NCBI GenBank assembly: GCA_049366715.1
Contig: JBMNCQ010000004.1
Coordinates: 100,470 to 164,469, forward strand
Direction: 5' to 3'
DNA from: Peptococcaceae bacterium
GTDB lineage: Bacteria > Bacillota > Peptococcia > Peptococcales > BICA1-8
DNA: 64,000 bases
Below, one piece after another: positions 10,364 through 20,194 of the stretch. The notes beneath the pieces are model-generated. The model was not told where the DNA came from and made no database searches. It worked only from the letters and a program-made list of their open reading frames with translations. Within the stretch, counting starts at the first letter, position 1; the number at the start of each line of letters is the position of its first letter. Made by a program: the position numbers and the translations under genes.

Positions 10364-10586
10364 ACCTCGACACGATGATAGTGCCGGACCAGTAATCATA
10401 ACTGAAGGTCTTGCTGTCTATCGTGGTATTTCCCAGCTATCCTGATTGTTAATGAAATAATTAAACACGTAACATAAAATTTAACAGGTAACAAAAGTTT
10501 TTGAATTTTTGTAGACCCCGTTGCTTTCCCCTCAAAAAAGCCGCTCTCTCTGAGAGCGGCTAAGTGAAAATGACCGGAAGCGGGCT

Positions 10587-11588
10587 TTATTCTGCCCAAA
10601 ATTCCTGAGTATAAGCATACAAAGCCGGGGAGCCGCCGGTATGAATGAACAAAACGTTGGCATCCTCCGGAAAATATCCTTTCCGTACTAAGCCCATAAG
10701 TCCGGCCATAGTTTTGCCGGTATAGACAGGATCAAGTAAAATTCCTTCGGTTCCGGCCAGCAATTTAACAGCCTCTACCATTTCCGGTGTGGGAAGGGAA
10801 TAACCGGGGCCGACATATTCATCAAAACAAACCACCGCTTCCCGGGGTATGCCGCTTTTCACACCTACCCGGGCAGCAGTTTTCCGGACCAGCTGATAAA
10901 CCAACTCCTCCTGCACAGCTTTTTCCCGGCTCACATTGATTCCAACAAGGGGAATATTTGCATTGCAGCCGTAAAAGCCGGTGACTAAACCGGCATGTGT
11001 CCCGGCACTGCCGCTGGCACAAATAACATAATCAATATTCAAGCCTTCCGCAAAAATTTGTTCTAAAATTTCCTGGGCACAGGCAACATAGCCGGTGGCG
11101 CCGATTTCATTGGAACCACCCCCGGGAATGATATAGGCCCGGCCCCCCTCTCTGTCCACTTCTTGCGCCACTTTTTCCATGGCCCGCAGCATATCGGATC
11201 CGCCCGGAACAACTGAAATGCTTTCCACACCTAAAAGATGGAAAAGAAAATTATTACCGCTGGCCTGAGGATCGTAGCTGCCCGCCACCCGTTCTTCTAG
11301 AACAAGACGGCACTTTAAGCCTTCTTTAACAGCGGCGGCAAGGGTCAAACGGCAATGATTGGATTGAACGGCACCGCAGGTAATCAGCGTATCAGCGCCT
11401 TGAGCTAAGGCATCGGCCACTAAAAACTCCAATTTCCTGGTTTTATTCCCGCCGGAGGTTAAGCCTAAAAGGTCATCCCTTTTCATATAAATATTGGGAC
11501 CGCCTAAGGCTTTAGAAAAACGCGGCAGTTTCTCCAAAGGGGTTGGTCCTTGCGTATAGCGTCTGCGGGGAAATTTTCCTAAATTCAT
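10587..11588 (-). CDS. PLP-dependent D-cysteine desulfhydrase / ACC deaminase / L-cysteate sulfo-lyase (CuyA) family enzyme
   Basis: GPTPLEKLPRFSKALGGPNIYMKRDDLLGLTSGGNKTRKLEFLVADAL..TCGAVQSNH aligns closely with the DcyD family, including the PLP lysine motif GGNKxRKLEF. Start set to the ATG at 11588, 7 nt after GGAGG. Confidence 0.85.
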   Translation of the reverse strand: MNLGKFPRRRYTQGPTPLEKLPRFSKALGGPNIYMKRDDLLGLTSGGNKTRKLEFLVADALAQGADTLITCGAVQSNHCRLTLAAAVKEGLKCRLVLEERVAGSYDPQASGNNFLFHLLGVESISVVPGGSDMLRAMEKVAQEVDREGGRAYIIPGGGSNEIGATGYVACAQEILEQIFAEGLNIDYVICASGSAGTHAGLVTGFYGCNANIPLVGINVSREKAVQEELVYQLVRKTAARVGVKSGIPREAVVCFDEYVGPGYSLPTPEMVEAVKLLAGTEGILLDPVYTGKTMAGLMGLVRKGYFPEDANVLFIHTGGSPALYAYTQEFWAE

Positions 11589-11669
11589 CTCCATACCTCC
11601 AAACTTTCACTAAATTTTATTTTTAATAATACACTCATTTCTGATCCGTCGGTCACTTAAACAGCTCCC

Positions 11670-12971
11670 TTACTTATTTTGGCCGGCCTCATAAAGGGGA
11701 ACAGGCAAATTGTATTTTTCCAAGCGTTTATCAATGGACATTTTGTGCCCTAACATACCTTCCATGGCACAAGAAATTGCACAATAAGGCGCAACATATT
11801 TCAATCCTTCCGGTTTCACTTTCTGATAGGTCAAATTTTTCAAGAACATGCCGACCCATAAACCGCCGGTATACCGGGAGGCTTTTCTAGTGGGGAGGAT
11901 ATGATTTGTTCCAATACCTTTATCTCCCAGAGCAACGGTCGAATACTGCCCGACAAATAAGGAGCCGTAGTTGGTTAAATTCTCCAAAAGCCATTCGTCA
12001 TCTTTAGTTTGAATCTCCACATGCTCACTGGCGTAATCATCCGCGACCTCTGCAGCCTCTTCCAAACTACCCACGACAATTACCTCACCGTTATTGTCCC
12101 AGCAAATCCGGGCGATGTCTCCCGTTGCTAATTCCGCAATTTGCTTATCCACCTCAGCAATTACTTTTAAGCCAAAATCCTCCGACAATGTGACTAAAAC
12201 CACCTCAGATTCCGTACCATGTTCAGCCTGGGCAATCAAGTCCGCTGCAACGATCACGGGATCAGCGGTTTCATCGGCAATTACCAGGGCTTCCGACGGG
12301 CCGGCAAACAAGTCGATCCCGACTTCACCGAACAACTGCCGTTTTGCTTCCGCTACATATTTATTCCCCGGTCCTACAATGATATCTACAGGTTTAATTG
12401 TTTCCGTTCCTAAGGCCAGAGCAACCACAGCCTGCACCCCGCCTAGGCAATATACTTCCCCGGCACCTGCCGAAGCCATAGCATAGATGGTCCGATTGGG
12501 AAGCTCACCCCGAAAAGGCGGGGTTACGGCGACAACCCTTTTGACACCTGCTACAACGGCAGGAGTAATACTCATATTGGCCGAAGCAACAATGGGATAA
12601 CTCCCCCCCGGTACGTATGAACCGGAAGAGGCAACGGGAACGGTTTTCTGTCCTAAAGTAACTCCCGGAAATAACTCCGTTTCAAAATCAGTAAACATCT
12701 CATATTGTTTCCGGGCAAAACGCCTTACGGAATCCTGGGCAAAACTAATGGTTTGTTTTTCGATCCCCGATACGGTCTTTGCTACTTTGGCCAGCTGTTC
12801 ATCGGAAATTCGAAAAGAAGCAGGTGCCCAGTTATCAAACTTCTGAGAATACTCCCGTACAGCTTCATCACCTCTGACATGAATATCTGCAATGATTTTT
12901 GCCACAGCTTCCTGAACTTCTGCCGCAGATTTTTTTTCCCGGAAATTTTTTTCTTTTAAATATTTTTTCAT
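11670..12971 (-). CDS. Histidinol dehydrogenase-family 4-electron alcohol dehydrogenase (HisD/HpsN-like paralog)
   Basis: HisD motifs QAEHG, SEHVEI and GIGTNHILPT are present. It is not in a his operon and sits in a TRAP-linked catabolic cluster. Confidence 0.8.
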   Translation of the reverse strand: MKKYLKEKNFREKKSAAEVQEAVAKIIADIHVRGDEAVREYSQKFDNWAPASFRISDEQLAKVAKTVSGIEKQTISFAQDSVRRFARKQYEMFTDFETELFPGVTLGQKTVPVASSGSYVPGGSYPIVASANMSITPAVVAGVKRVVAVTPPFRGELPNRTIYAMASAGAGEVYCLGGVQAVVALALGTETIKPVDIIVGPGNKYVAEAKRQLFGEVGIDLFAGPSEALVIADETADPVIVAADLIAQAEHGTESEVVLVTLSEDFGLKVIAEVDKQIAELATGDIARICWDNNGEVIVVGSLEEAAEVADDYASEHVEIQTKDDEWLLENLTNYGSLFVGQYSTVALGDKGIGTNHILPTRKASRYTGGLWVGMFLKNLTYQKVKPEGLKYVAPYCAISCAMEGMLGHKMSIDKRLEKYNLPVPLYEAGQNK

Positions 12972-13105
12972 GTTTTCACTCCTAACTGGATATTTTGTTT
13001 AAAAAATCCCGCCTTTTACTGATTCCAAGCTGTTATCTGCCGGCAATTGCAGGTCAATTAATTATTCACCCTTTTACGTGCCATTCTTTTCAACATGGAA
13101 CAGTT

Positions 13106-13131
13106 ATTGTACGGATGTTCATACATGTATG
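13106..13131. promoter_or_regulatory. Putative HutC/GntR operator 1 (ATTGTACGGATGTTCATACATGTATG)
   Basis: Imperfect palindrome TGTACGGA-TG-TTCATACA between the GntR stop (13156) and the hisD-like start (12971). It matches the site at 18324-18349 at 23 of 26 positions. Confidence 0.6.
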
Positions 13132-13155
13132 TGTAAAATTTTTTATTTTCGGATT

Positions 13156-13884
13156 TTATACTGAATTTTCACTCCGTCCCAAATTAACGACAAATCCATA
13201 ACTATCCGCTCGATAAACACTGTGCTCATATTCCACCGTATTCCCGGCCACATCGAAATTAATCCGTTCAATAAATAAAACGGGCACCGTATCAGGCATA
13301 TCCAAGAGCATACACTCTTCTGCCGTCGGCATCCTGGCGGTAATGATCTGCTTGGCATTCCAAAGCTTAATCCCCATATTTTCCAGTAAATTATAGGTGC
13401 CCACATTATTTAAATCAAATTTCGTTAATTTCCCCCCGATTTCCAAAGAATAATAGGAATTTTCTATCGAAATCGGATTATCATCGGCATAGCGGACCCG
13501 TTTGATGTTATAAAATTCTTCCTCTCCCAGAGTCTCAGCGACCTCTTGGGGCGTAGATGCTATAGTACTGCTCAAAAGCTTAATATAAGGCTTCATACCC
13601 ATATTTTCAATAATTTGCCGATAGGTACTAAAACTACCCAGCCACTCTTCAACAGGCTTAAAGGAGATAAAGGTACCCTTGCCGTGCAATTTCTTTAAAA
13701 TTCCCTGGTCGACCAGCTCCTTGACGGCCTGTCGTACAGTGGCTCTGCTTACGGAAAATCTCTCCATTAATTCAAATTCCCCGGGGATTTTTTCATCATA
13801 GATTCCTTTGAGAATTTCTTCTTCTAAAGTCATTTTTATTTGTACATGCAACGGTAAATATTTATTAAATTCCAATGATCGCAC
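13156..13884 (-). CDS. GntR-family regulator, HutC subfamily (wHTH + UTRA)
   Basis: N-terminal ELMERFSVSRATVRQAVKELVDQGILKKLHGKGTFI followed by a UTRA-like effector domain. Confidence 0.9.
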   Translation of the reverse strand: MRSLEFNKYLPLHVQIKMTLEEEILKGIYDEKIPGEFELMERFSVSRATVRQAVKELVDQGILKKLHGKGTFISFKPVEEWLGSFSTYRQIIENMGMKPYIKLLSSTIASTPQEVAETLGEEEFYNIKRVRYADDNPISIENSYYSLEIGGKLTKFDLNNVGTYNLLENMGIKLWNAKQIITARMPTAEECMLLDMPDTVPVLFIERINFDVAGNTVEYEHSVYRADSYGFVVNLGRSENSV

Positions 13885-13995
13885 CTCTAGCCTGGTCTAG
13901 TTTAGATTGCCAAATTCCAAATATATTGTATATTGCATTTTACGGCAAGTCAAGCTGGTCCGGATTTAACCCCCAACCCAGCCTTGCTCCTGCAA

Positions 13996-15210
13996 TTATC
14001 CAAATATTTCCTCCGTCACTTGCCGGATCACTTGGGCAATAATTTTACAATCATCCAGAGTAAAGGTTAAAGGAATACGGAAATCACACACAAAATTCAA
14101 AATACTTTTAGTACGGGGAAGATCCTGAAGGTTTTTGATATACTGCCAGCTTTCCCAGGAGCTGGTAAACCCTGCCGGTTCTTGTGCTCCGAACCACTTA
14201 ATCTCAACCCCTCTTTCCCCGCAGGTTTTTATAAACACCTCTACCAGTTCCTGCCGGGTATCGGTGAGAATAAATTGTAAAGAAGAACCGACATAACCTT
14301 CCTTAGTCCCCCTGGCGGGAATGCGCAAATGAGGAACTCCTGCCAGTTCCTGAACCAATAAATCATAGCGATCATTCCAACGCTTCACCTGTTGTTCCAA
14401 ATCAGGTAGCTGAGCCCGGATCAAAGCTGCCACCAGATTGGACATCCGCAAACTGAAATTAGGAATCTTTTTTTTATATGGTTCAAACACTTCTAAGGAC
14501 GGCCTGGCCAAATGCCGTTCATAGAGCATATAGGATCCTGAATACAAAATAGCCTTGGCAATCACCTCAGCATCATCCGTTACCAAAAGTCCTCCTTCTC
14601 CGGAGTTTAAATGTTTATAAGTTTGGGTGGAATAGCAGCCCGCCTTGCCAAAAGTACCGGTATATTTATCACCCCACCGGGCACCAACGGTGTGGGCGCA
14701 ATCCTCAATTAACGTAATACCCCGGCGCTTACAAACCGCCACCACTTCATCCATATCCACAATATGCCCCCGCATATGGGATAAAAGAAAATATTTGGCG
14801 TTGGTTTGCACCGCTTTATGCTCCAAATCAGCAAGATCCGTCAGCAAATCCTGGTTGATTTCCACAAAAACCGGGATGGCACCGGCATTTTCAATGGCTC
14901 CCGGAACCGGGGCTAAGGTAAAAGCGTTGCACAATACTTGATCACCCGGCATGACTCCACTGCTTTTAAGGGCCACATAAAGGGCGCTTCCACAGGATGA
15001 AACCCCTACACAGTATTTGGCCCCTACATAATCGGCATATTCTTTTTCCAAAAGGGCTACGTCGGAAACCTCTTCTCCGGCAGTATTATAGCGATGCAAT
15101 CGGCCTGATTGCAATAACTCTCCCACACGCTCAATACCGGCTTGGGGAATCCCTTCCTGACGTGTAAATTCCTTATTAAATCGGATCGGCTCTCTTTTTT
15201 CAGTTGTCAT
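13996..15210 (-). CDS. DegT/DnrJ/EryC1/StrS-family PLP aminotransferase
   Basis: 404 aa with a fold-type I pattern. Candidate PLP lysine in YSTQTYKHLNSGEGGLLVT. Confidence 0.8.
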   Translation of the reverse strand: MTTEKREPIRFNKEFTRQEGIPQAGIERVGELLQSGRLHRYNTAGEEVSDVALLEKEYADYVGAKYCVGVSSCGSALYVALKSSGVMPGDQVLCNAFTLAPVPGAIENAGAIPVFVEINQDLLTDLADLEHKAVQTNAKYFLLSHMRGHIVDMDEVVAVCKRRGITLIEDCAHTVGARWGDKYTGTFGKAGCYSTQTYKHLNSGEGGLLVTDDAEVIAKAILYSGSYMLYERHLARPSLEVFEPYKKKIPNFSLRMSNLVAALIRAQLPDLEQQVKRWNDRYDLLVQELAGVPHLRIPARGTKEGYVGSSLQFILTDTRQELVEVFIKTCGERGVEIKWFGAQEPAGFTSSWESWQYIKNLQDLPRTKSILNFVCDFRIPLTFTLDDCKIIAQVIRQVTEEIFG

Positions 15211-15254
15211 ATTGGCTTCTGCCTCCTTTATACCGCTTTTCTTAATTACCTTTT

Positions 15255-16550
15255 TTATCCCTTATAGCCTAATAATAGTTTAGGCAGGAATAAAACGATT
15301 TCCGGGAAAAATACCACGATAATTGTGGCAATTATTAATGTGATTAAAAAAGGGAAAACCGCCTTTGCCGTCTCCTCCAGGCTTAATTTGCCTACACTCA
15401 TGGCCACAAAAAGATTCACCCCTAAGGGAGGGGTCAGCATAGCCACCTCATTGGACATAACCATGAGGATTCCTAAATGAAGAGGATCAATACCGACCTG
15501 CCGGGCTAAAGGCACCAGAATGGGGGCCAGAACGGCCGTCGTCGCCAATTCCTCCATAAACATCCCCAGCAGGAATAAAAATCCCAAGATCATCAAAAGA
15601 ATTGCCTGGGGATTTGTACTAATGGACATGACCCACTTGGCAAGATTCTGCGGAACCTGGTACATTGTCAAAATACGGGCGAACAACTGGGTTACGCCTA
15701 CCACCATCAAAACCATTCCCGAGGTTTCAGCGGCATTGATGAATGAACCCCACAGCAGATTGAAATCCCGCAGCTTTTTCGTTGCAAAAAAGCCGACCAG
15801 GGCCGAATACAATACTGCAACTACCGACGCCTCTACGGGAGTGAAAATTCCGCCGTAAATGCCACCCAGAATAACGACCGGCGCTCCCAGAGACCATTTA
15901 TTCTTCCAAATTATTTTGAGAATTTCCCCCGACGTATAAGATTTGGCAGAACCTTGATAGCCTTTTTTACGGGCAATAAGATAGGCTGTCAAAATCAGCA
16001 TTCCCCCCACAAAAAAGCCCGGGATAAAGCCTGCCATAAAGAGTCCCGTTACAGATACGTTACCAATTACCCCATAGACGATCATGGGATTACTGGGGGG
16101 AATCAAAATTCCGATGGTACCCCCTGTCGCGCAAATGCCGGCGGCATAATCCTTGCCGTAGCCTTGCCGTACCATAGCCGGTATCATCAAGGTACCCATT
16201 GCGGCAGCCGTTGCAGGTCCTGAACCAATTAGGGCCGCAAAAAACATGCACCCTAAAATCGTCACAATTCCCAGTCCGCCCCGTACCTTGCCAACCATGG
16301 CTTGCATGGTTTCCACAATTTGATTGGCCATGTCACTTCTTTCCATCAAAGCACCTGCAAAAATGAATGAAGGGATCGCCAACAGAGGAAACAGTTCTGC
16401 CATTTTATAAAGATCCAAGGGTATAATGGAAAGAGGGATGTCCGTCATTAAAAGCACGGCAAAAGCCGATACGCCCAGAGAAACGAATATTGGTACCCCC
16501 AGCAAAAGACAAGCAAAGAGAACGATCCAGATCAAAACTTCAATCGGCAT
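15255..16550 (-). CDS. dctM: TRAP transporter large permease
   Basis: Polytopic protein of about 431 aa. Start set to MPIEVL (ATG 16550), 7 nt after AAGGAGG, overlapping the dctQ stop. Confidence 0.9.
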   Translation of the reverse strand: MPIEVLIWIVLFACLLLGVPIFVSLGVSAFAVLLMTDIPLSIIPLDLYKMAELFPLLAIPSFIFAGALMERSDMANQIVETMQAMVGKVRGGLGIVTILGCMFFAALIGSGPATAAAMGTLMIPAMVRQGYGKDYAAGICATGGTIGILIPPSNPMIVYGVIGNVSVTGLFMAGFIPGFFVGGMLILTAYLIARKKGYQGSAKSYTSGEILKIIWKNKWSLGAPVVILGGIYGGIFTPVEASVVAVLYSALVGFFATKKLRDFNLLWGSFINAAETSGMVLMVVGVTQLFARILTMYQVPQNLAKWVMSISTNPQAILLMILGFLFLLGMFMEELATTAVLAPILVPLARQVGIDPLHLGILMVMSNEVAMLTPPLGVNLFVAMSVGKLSLEETAKAVFPFLITLIIATIIVVFFPEIVLFLPKLLLGYKG

Positions 16551-17043
16551 TAAGCGTCCCTCCTTTCTCTTTTGACTCAAGATACTCCTGATAATAATTT
16601 TGCAATATTCTGAAGGTCATCAATAAAAATCCAATGGGAACAATTAAAAATATGTATTTCATGTCCCAGCCAAGTACAGGAGATATTTGCTTGTTTTTCC
16701 CCATACTGACAAAAACCTCAAATCCCTTATAGACTACAACACAGTTAAACACAAGCCACACACAGTCACTCAACAGCAAAACTTTTCTCCTGAGCTTAGC
16801 CTTTAAGGGTTTAAATTGAGCCGTAACACGGATATGGGTTTTATTTTTTGCGGATAATACGGTAGCAAAATACACAAGAAACACAAAACCATATCGGGAA
16901 ATTTCTTCTGTCCAGGGCAATGACTTACCGATAACATAACGGAAAAATACTTGCATCAGGAGACTGATAATCATTACTAACATGAAAATTACACAAAAAA
17001 CCTCTTCAAAATTTTTGATAAACCAGCTTACTTTTTTCTTCAT
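16540..17043 (-). CDS. dctQ: TRAP transporter small permease
   Basis: 167 aa with 4 TM segments, positioned between dctP and dctM. Confidence 0.85.
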   Translation of the reverse strand: MKKKVSWFIKNFEEVFCVIFMLVMIISLLMQVFFRYVIGKSLPWTEEISRYGFVFLVYFATVLSAKNKTHIRVTAQFKPLKAKLRRKVLLLSDCVWLVFNCVVVYKGFEVFVSMGKNKQISPVLGWDMKYIFLIVPIGFLLMTFRILQNYYQEYLESKEKGGTLNAD

Positions 17044-17156
17044 AAATGCCCCCCTTATTATCGGCAGCGGAATATTGGCTTATAAAATGCTTACAACAGT
17101 AAAAAAGGGAATATTTTGTAATAGGAGCAACTTTTTATAAAGTACCTCCTTTATTT

Positions 17157-18203
17157 TTAGGGCAGTTGCTTACCCAGCACTTCCATGGCCTTGGCTACTG
17201 TGTCTCTGCCGCCTACTTTTTCATAATAAGTGGGCCAGTCGGCTTTTGCTTTCTCCTCCCAAACACGTTCATCTTCCGGTGTAGGGTTAAGGGTTACGTT
17301 AACTTCCATTTCTCTTTTCGCTTTCTCAATAAAATCCTGGGTAAAACCTTTAATCCATTCCGTCGTTTCTTCTCCGGCTCTGATGAGGGCATTTTGCACA
17401 TTTTCAGGCTGGCTTTGCAGCCATTCATCCTTTACGACGATTGCACAGACATCATATTTGTAATGAATCTCCGTTATATAATCGATAATTTCATCCAAAT
17501 TTGTACTGTAAAAATCTCCGTAAGGAAGTTCCAGACCATCGATAACACCCTGCTGTACCGCGTTAATGGTTTCATCCCAGGCAATGGGCGTTGCATTTAC
17601 GCCCCAAGATGCAAAAGCCCCCAACATCATGGGATTTTTCGGCACCCTTATTTTTAAACCTTTCAAATCAGCAAGGGTTTTAACTGCACGACCGTTGGTT
17701 CCTAAAACCCGCGGCCCCTGCTCAAACCAGGTGATGGTTTTAAGACCGGATTCTTGAAATATCTTCTCGTTCAATTCATCATTCATTTCCGCCACAACTT
17801 TATTGAATTCTTCGCTGTTATTAACGAAATATGGTAAATCAAAGACACCAAAGGTAGGGGCAAAAGGGGATATATTATTCACCGATTCAATGGTGGCCTG
17901 AATTATTCCCGACTGTATATCCTGCACGGACTTATTCCCGCTCCCAATCTGACCCCCGGGATAAATTTGCACATCTATTTGACCTTGGGAATATTCTTCA
18001 GCCAGCTCTTTAAATTTTTCCGAAGCATGATGGAAAACACTATCGGTTCCTACCCCATGGGTTATTTTAAATGTTATCTTTTGGGGTTCCTCAGTCTGCC
18101 CTTTTGCTTCAGTATCCGTGTTTTTCCCGCAGCCTGCCAGAATCAACATTCCGCTTAATAATACCATCAGGATCATCAAACCTATTTTTCTTTTATTTTT
18201 CAT
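17157..18203 (-). CDS. dctP: TRAP transporter solute-binding lipoprotein
   Basis: Lipobox LILAGCGKN and a DctP-family body. Confidence 0.9.
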   Translation of the reverse strand: MKNKRKIGLMILMVLLSGMLILAGCGKNTDTEAKGQTEEPQKITFKITHGVGTDSVFHHASEKFKELAEEYSQGQIDVQIYPGGQIGSGNKSVQDIQSGIIQATIESVNNISPFAPTFGVFDLPYFVNNSEEFNKVVAEMNDELNEKIFQESGLKTITWFEQGPRVLGTNGRAVKTLADLKGLKIRVPKNPMMLGAFASWGVNATPIAWDETINAVQQGVIDGLELPYGDFYSTNLDEIIDYITEIHYKYDVCAIVVKDEWLQSQPENVQNALIRAGEETTEWIKGFTQDFIEKAKREMEVNVTLNPTPEDERVWEEKAKADWPTYYEKVGGRDTVAKAMEVLGKQLP

Positions 18204-18323
18204 TTTACCACCTCTTCAAATGATTATTTTCTTATTTTTACTGCAATTTAAAAATTAAAATTCTTTTAAACAACCTCCTTTCTTTTCGCAAAATCATTAG
18301 GTTTAAGGCATCACCCCTTTCTT

Positions 18324-18349
18324 ATTGTACAGATGTCTGTACATGTATG
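18324..18349. promoter_or_regulatory. Putative HutC/GntR operator 2 (ATTGTACAGATGTCTGTACATGTATG)
   Basis: Perfect 8-2-8 palindrome TGTACAGA-TG-TCTGTACA, 121-146 bp upstream of the dctP start. Near-identical to the site at 13106-13131. Confidence 0.65.
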
Positions 18350-18569
18350 GCTAAAAAAAATACATCCTTTTCCTGTTAATAATATTTTTACATTATTCAA
18401 TTTAAATTTTAGTATTCCACATTGAAATATTTTTTCCTGCCAATAAATAAAATTTATTATAAAAAGCCGGCGTGTTAAACAGCTTGAAAATAATTCCGGG
18501 GACGGTAAGCAGACGCCGGGAACCAGTTTTGCACCGGTTTCGAAACTTTCCCTTGATTTATTCACGAAT

Positions 18570-18616
18570 AAAAAAACTGCCGCCCGATGTACTGAACAGT
18601 GCATTGGACGGCAGCC
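18570..18616 (-). terminator. Rho-independent terminator (- strand)
   Basis: On the - strand, CTGCCGTCC-N21-GGGCGGCAG followed by TTTTTTT, just after the stop at 18639. Confidence 0.7.
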
Positions 18617-18638
18617 CCCTTATATCTGTTTCCCTAAG

Positions 18639-18821
18639 TCATTGATTAAACACCAGCATATAAATTGCTAATGAAAGTACCGTACTAATAAATACTATGC
18701 TAATTAAGCGATCACACCAGCCAGGTAATTCCCCCTTAGTTTCCGCTTCTTCTAACCGGGCTTTAAGGATTACTTTGGCAGTTTCTTCATTGCGAGCCCA
18801 ATCCCACATTTTAGAAAACAA
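18639..18821 (-). CDS. Small hypothetical membrane protein (60 aa)
   Basis: C-terminal TM segment LISIVFISTVLSLAIYMLVF, followed by a terminator. I see no family assignment. Confidence 0.35.
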   Translation of the reverse strand: MFSKMWDWARNEETAKVILKARLEEAETKGELPGWCDRLISIVFISTVLSLAIYMLVFNQ

Positions 18822-18879
18822 CTCCTTTTATCTCTGTTTTTCTATCATTTTAATTGAAATAAATTTTACCGCCCTTGAT

Positions 18880-19185
18880 TTAAACTGGAAGCTTTAACTG
18901 ATCCGGCGGTTTTTTCTTCCCAACCAAATGCTTCATTCTTTCAGCACCGTATTTCGTTATTTTATAAAATTGTTTCAGTCTGCCGGATTCGTCAAGGATA
19001 ATATCGGTCAAACCGATCATCCCCACAGCTTTTAGGGAGATAAGGTAATCTTCAATGCCCTTTTCAGTAAGATTCCGGCCCAGGCCATACTCTTTTTTTA
19101 AATTTGCCAGTAAATCTTCGTTGGAGATGCCTTCATGATATTTAATTAGTTGTAAGATTCTAATTTTGACAGGCAATAGACTCAC
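18880..19185 (-). CDS. Hypothetical small protein, possibly winged-helix
   Basis: 101 aa, 13 bp downstream of the permease gene. The pattern IRILQLIKYHEGISNEDLL..KITKYG suggests wHTH, but this is weak. Confidence 0.4.
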   Translation of the reverse strand: MSLLPVKIRILQLIKYHEGISNEDLLANLKKEYGLGRNLTEKGIEDYLISLKAVGMIGLTDIILDESGRLKQFYKITKYGAERMKHLVGKKKPPDQLKLPV

Positions 19186-19198
19186 GATCCCAACCTCC

Positions 19199-20194
19199 TT
19201 AATCTCCTCTTAAATTTGCAATTTGTTTAGGATTTCCGATCGTAAGGATTGTTCCTAAACTAATTGTGATAACCCCGGTAATCAGCGTTGGTGTTATTTC
19301 TAAACCGTTTAATAACCAGCCGAAGAATACAGACCACAGTGCATAAGTTACATTCAGACCCATAGCCCGGGTTACTCCCGTCATATTCATCGCACGATAC
19401 CAGCACAAATAACTGATGCCGCCTATTAAACCGATTATTCCCAGATACCAGCCGGATGGAGTATTAAGGCTGTGCAACAACAATTGTAAGGCCTCTCTGC
19501 CAGCTAAAGGAAGTATACATACTATGTAGAAAATGAATGAAGTGGCCTGCCGGATGCCTATGGCAATATCTGAATCCACCATATCCATGCCATAAGTTGA
19601 CATCACACCTTCAACAGCCCAGCTGACAGCGGCAACAAAGGCTAAACTGATGCCGAGATAAAAGTAAGGAGAATTTTCCGTTGCTGGCGGGACATAACTT
19701 ACGATAAATGAACCTATGATCGCTAAAGTAATTCCCGCCCTTACTTTAGCCGTGATTTTTTCTTTCAAAAAAACCGCCCCCAGTAAGGCCCCTATTGCCG
19801 GATAGGCCGCAGTAATAGCAGCCGTATAAGAGGCACCGGCGAAATATATCCCCAGGAGATTGCCGGACATCCCGACCGGTCCTCCGATAATCGCAGCCAT
19901 TACAATAATCCTGGCCGGCCGGGTTCTTAAAGTCCGGAGATATTCACACCCCTTGCCGCAAGCAAAATTCTTACCAAAAATCCAGAGGGCTGCAAACCCG
20001 TCATGTAAACACGCAGCTACCAGCGGGGCAGCAAACAAACCGGCACTATTCACGAATGGAATTAAACCTAATACTATTCCCAAAAGAACCCCGTCCAAGC
20101 CCCATAAAGCTCCCGTGAGCAGCCCCAGACCAAGTCCTCTTTTCGCAAAGGATAACTCTCTTCGTTGAAGTAATAATACCGCTCTTGGGTCCAT
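19199..20194 (-). CDS. DMT-superfamily (EamA/GRP-like) permease
   Basis: About 10 TM segments. EamA-like end motif GALLGAVFLKEKITAKVRAGITLAIIGSFIV. Confidence 0.65.
   Translation of the reverse strand: MDPRAVLLLQRRELSFAKRGLGLGLLTGALWGLDGVLLGIVLGLIPFVNSAGLFAAPLVAACLHDGFAALWIFGKNFACGKGCEYLRTLRTRPARIIVMAAIIGGPVGMSGNLLGIYFAGASYTAAITAAYPAIGALLGAVFLKEKITAKVRAGITLAIIGSFIVSYVPPATENSPYFYLGISLAFVAAVSWAVEGVMSTYGMDMVDSDIAIGIRQATSFIFYIVCILPLAGREALQLLLHSLNTPSGWYLGIIGLIGGISYLCWYRAMNMTGVTRAMGLNVTYALWSVFFGWLLNGLEITPTLITGVITISLGTILTIGNPKQIANLRGD

Noticed and set aside
10083-10445. 120-aa + strand ORF (MCHVSGDVSGDGSLTH...).
   Set aside because: It is a read-through of hairpin copies C and D and their tandem arm duplications. 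It has no RBS and repeat-derived, low-complexity content.
11670-12971. Annotating the HisD-family gene as biosynthetic histidinol dehydrogenase (hisD).
   Set aside because: No other his genes are adjacent. The gene is in a HutC-controlled unit with a TRAP transporter and a beta-eliminating lyase, so I call it a paralog with a different substrate. Only full-genome context could settle this.
18498-18506. A possible tenth copy of the hairpin core (GGGGACGGT followed by aagcag).
   Set aside because: Only 9 of 12 core nucleotides are present and there are no inverted arms. A 9-mer match is roughly at chance level for this window size.
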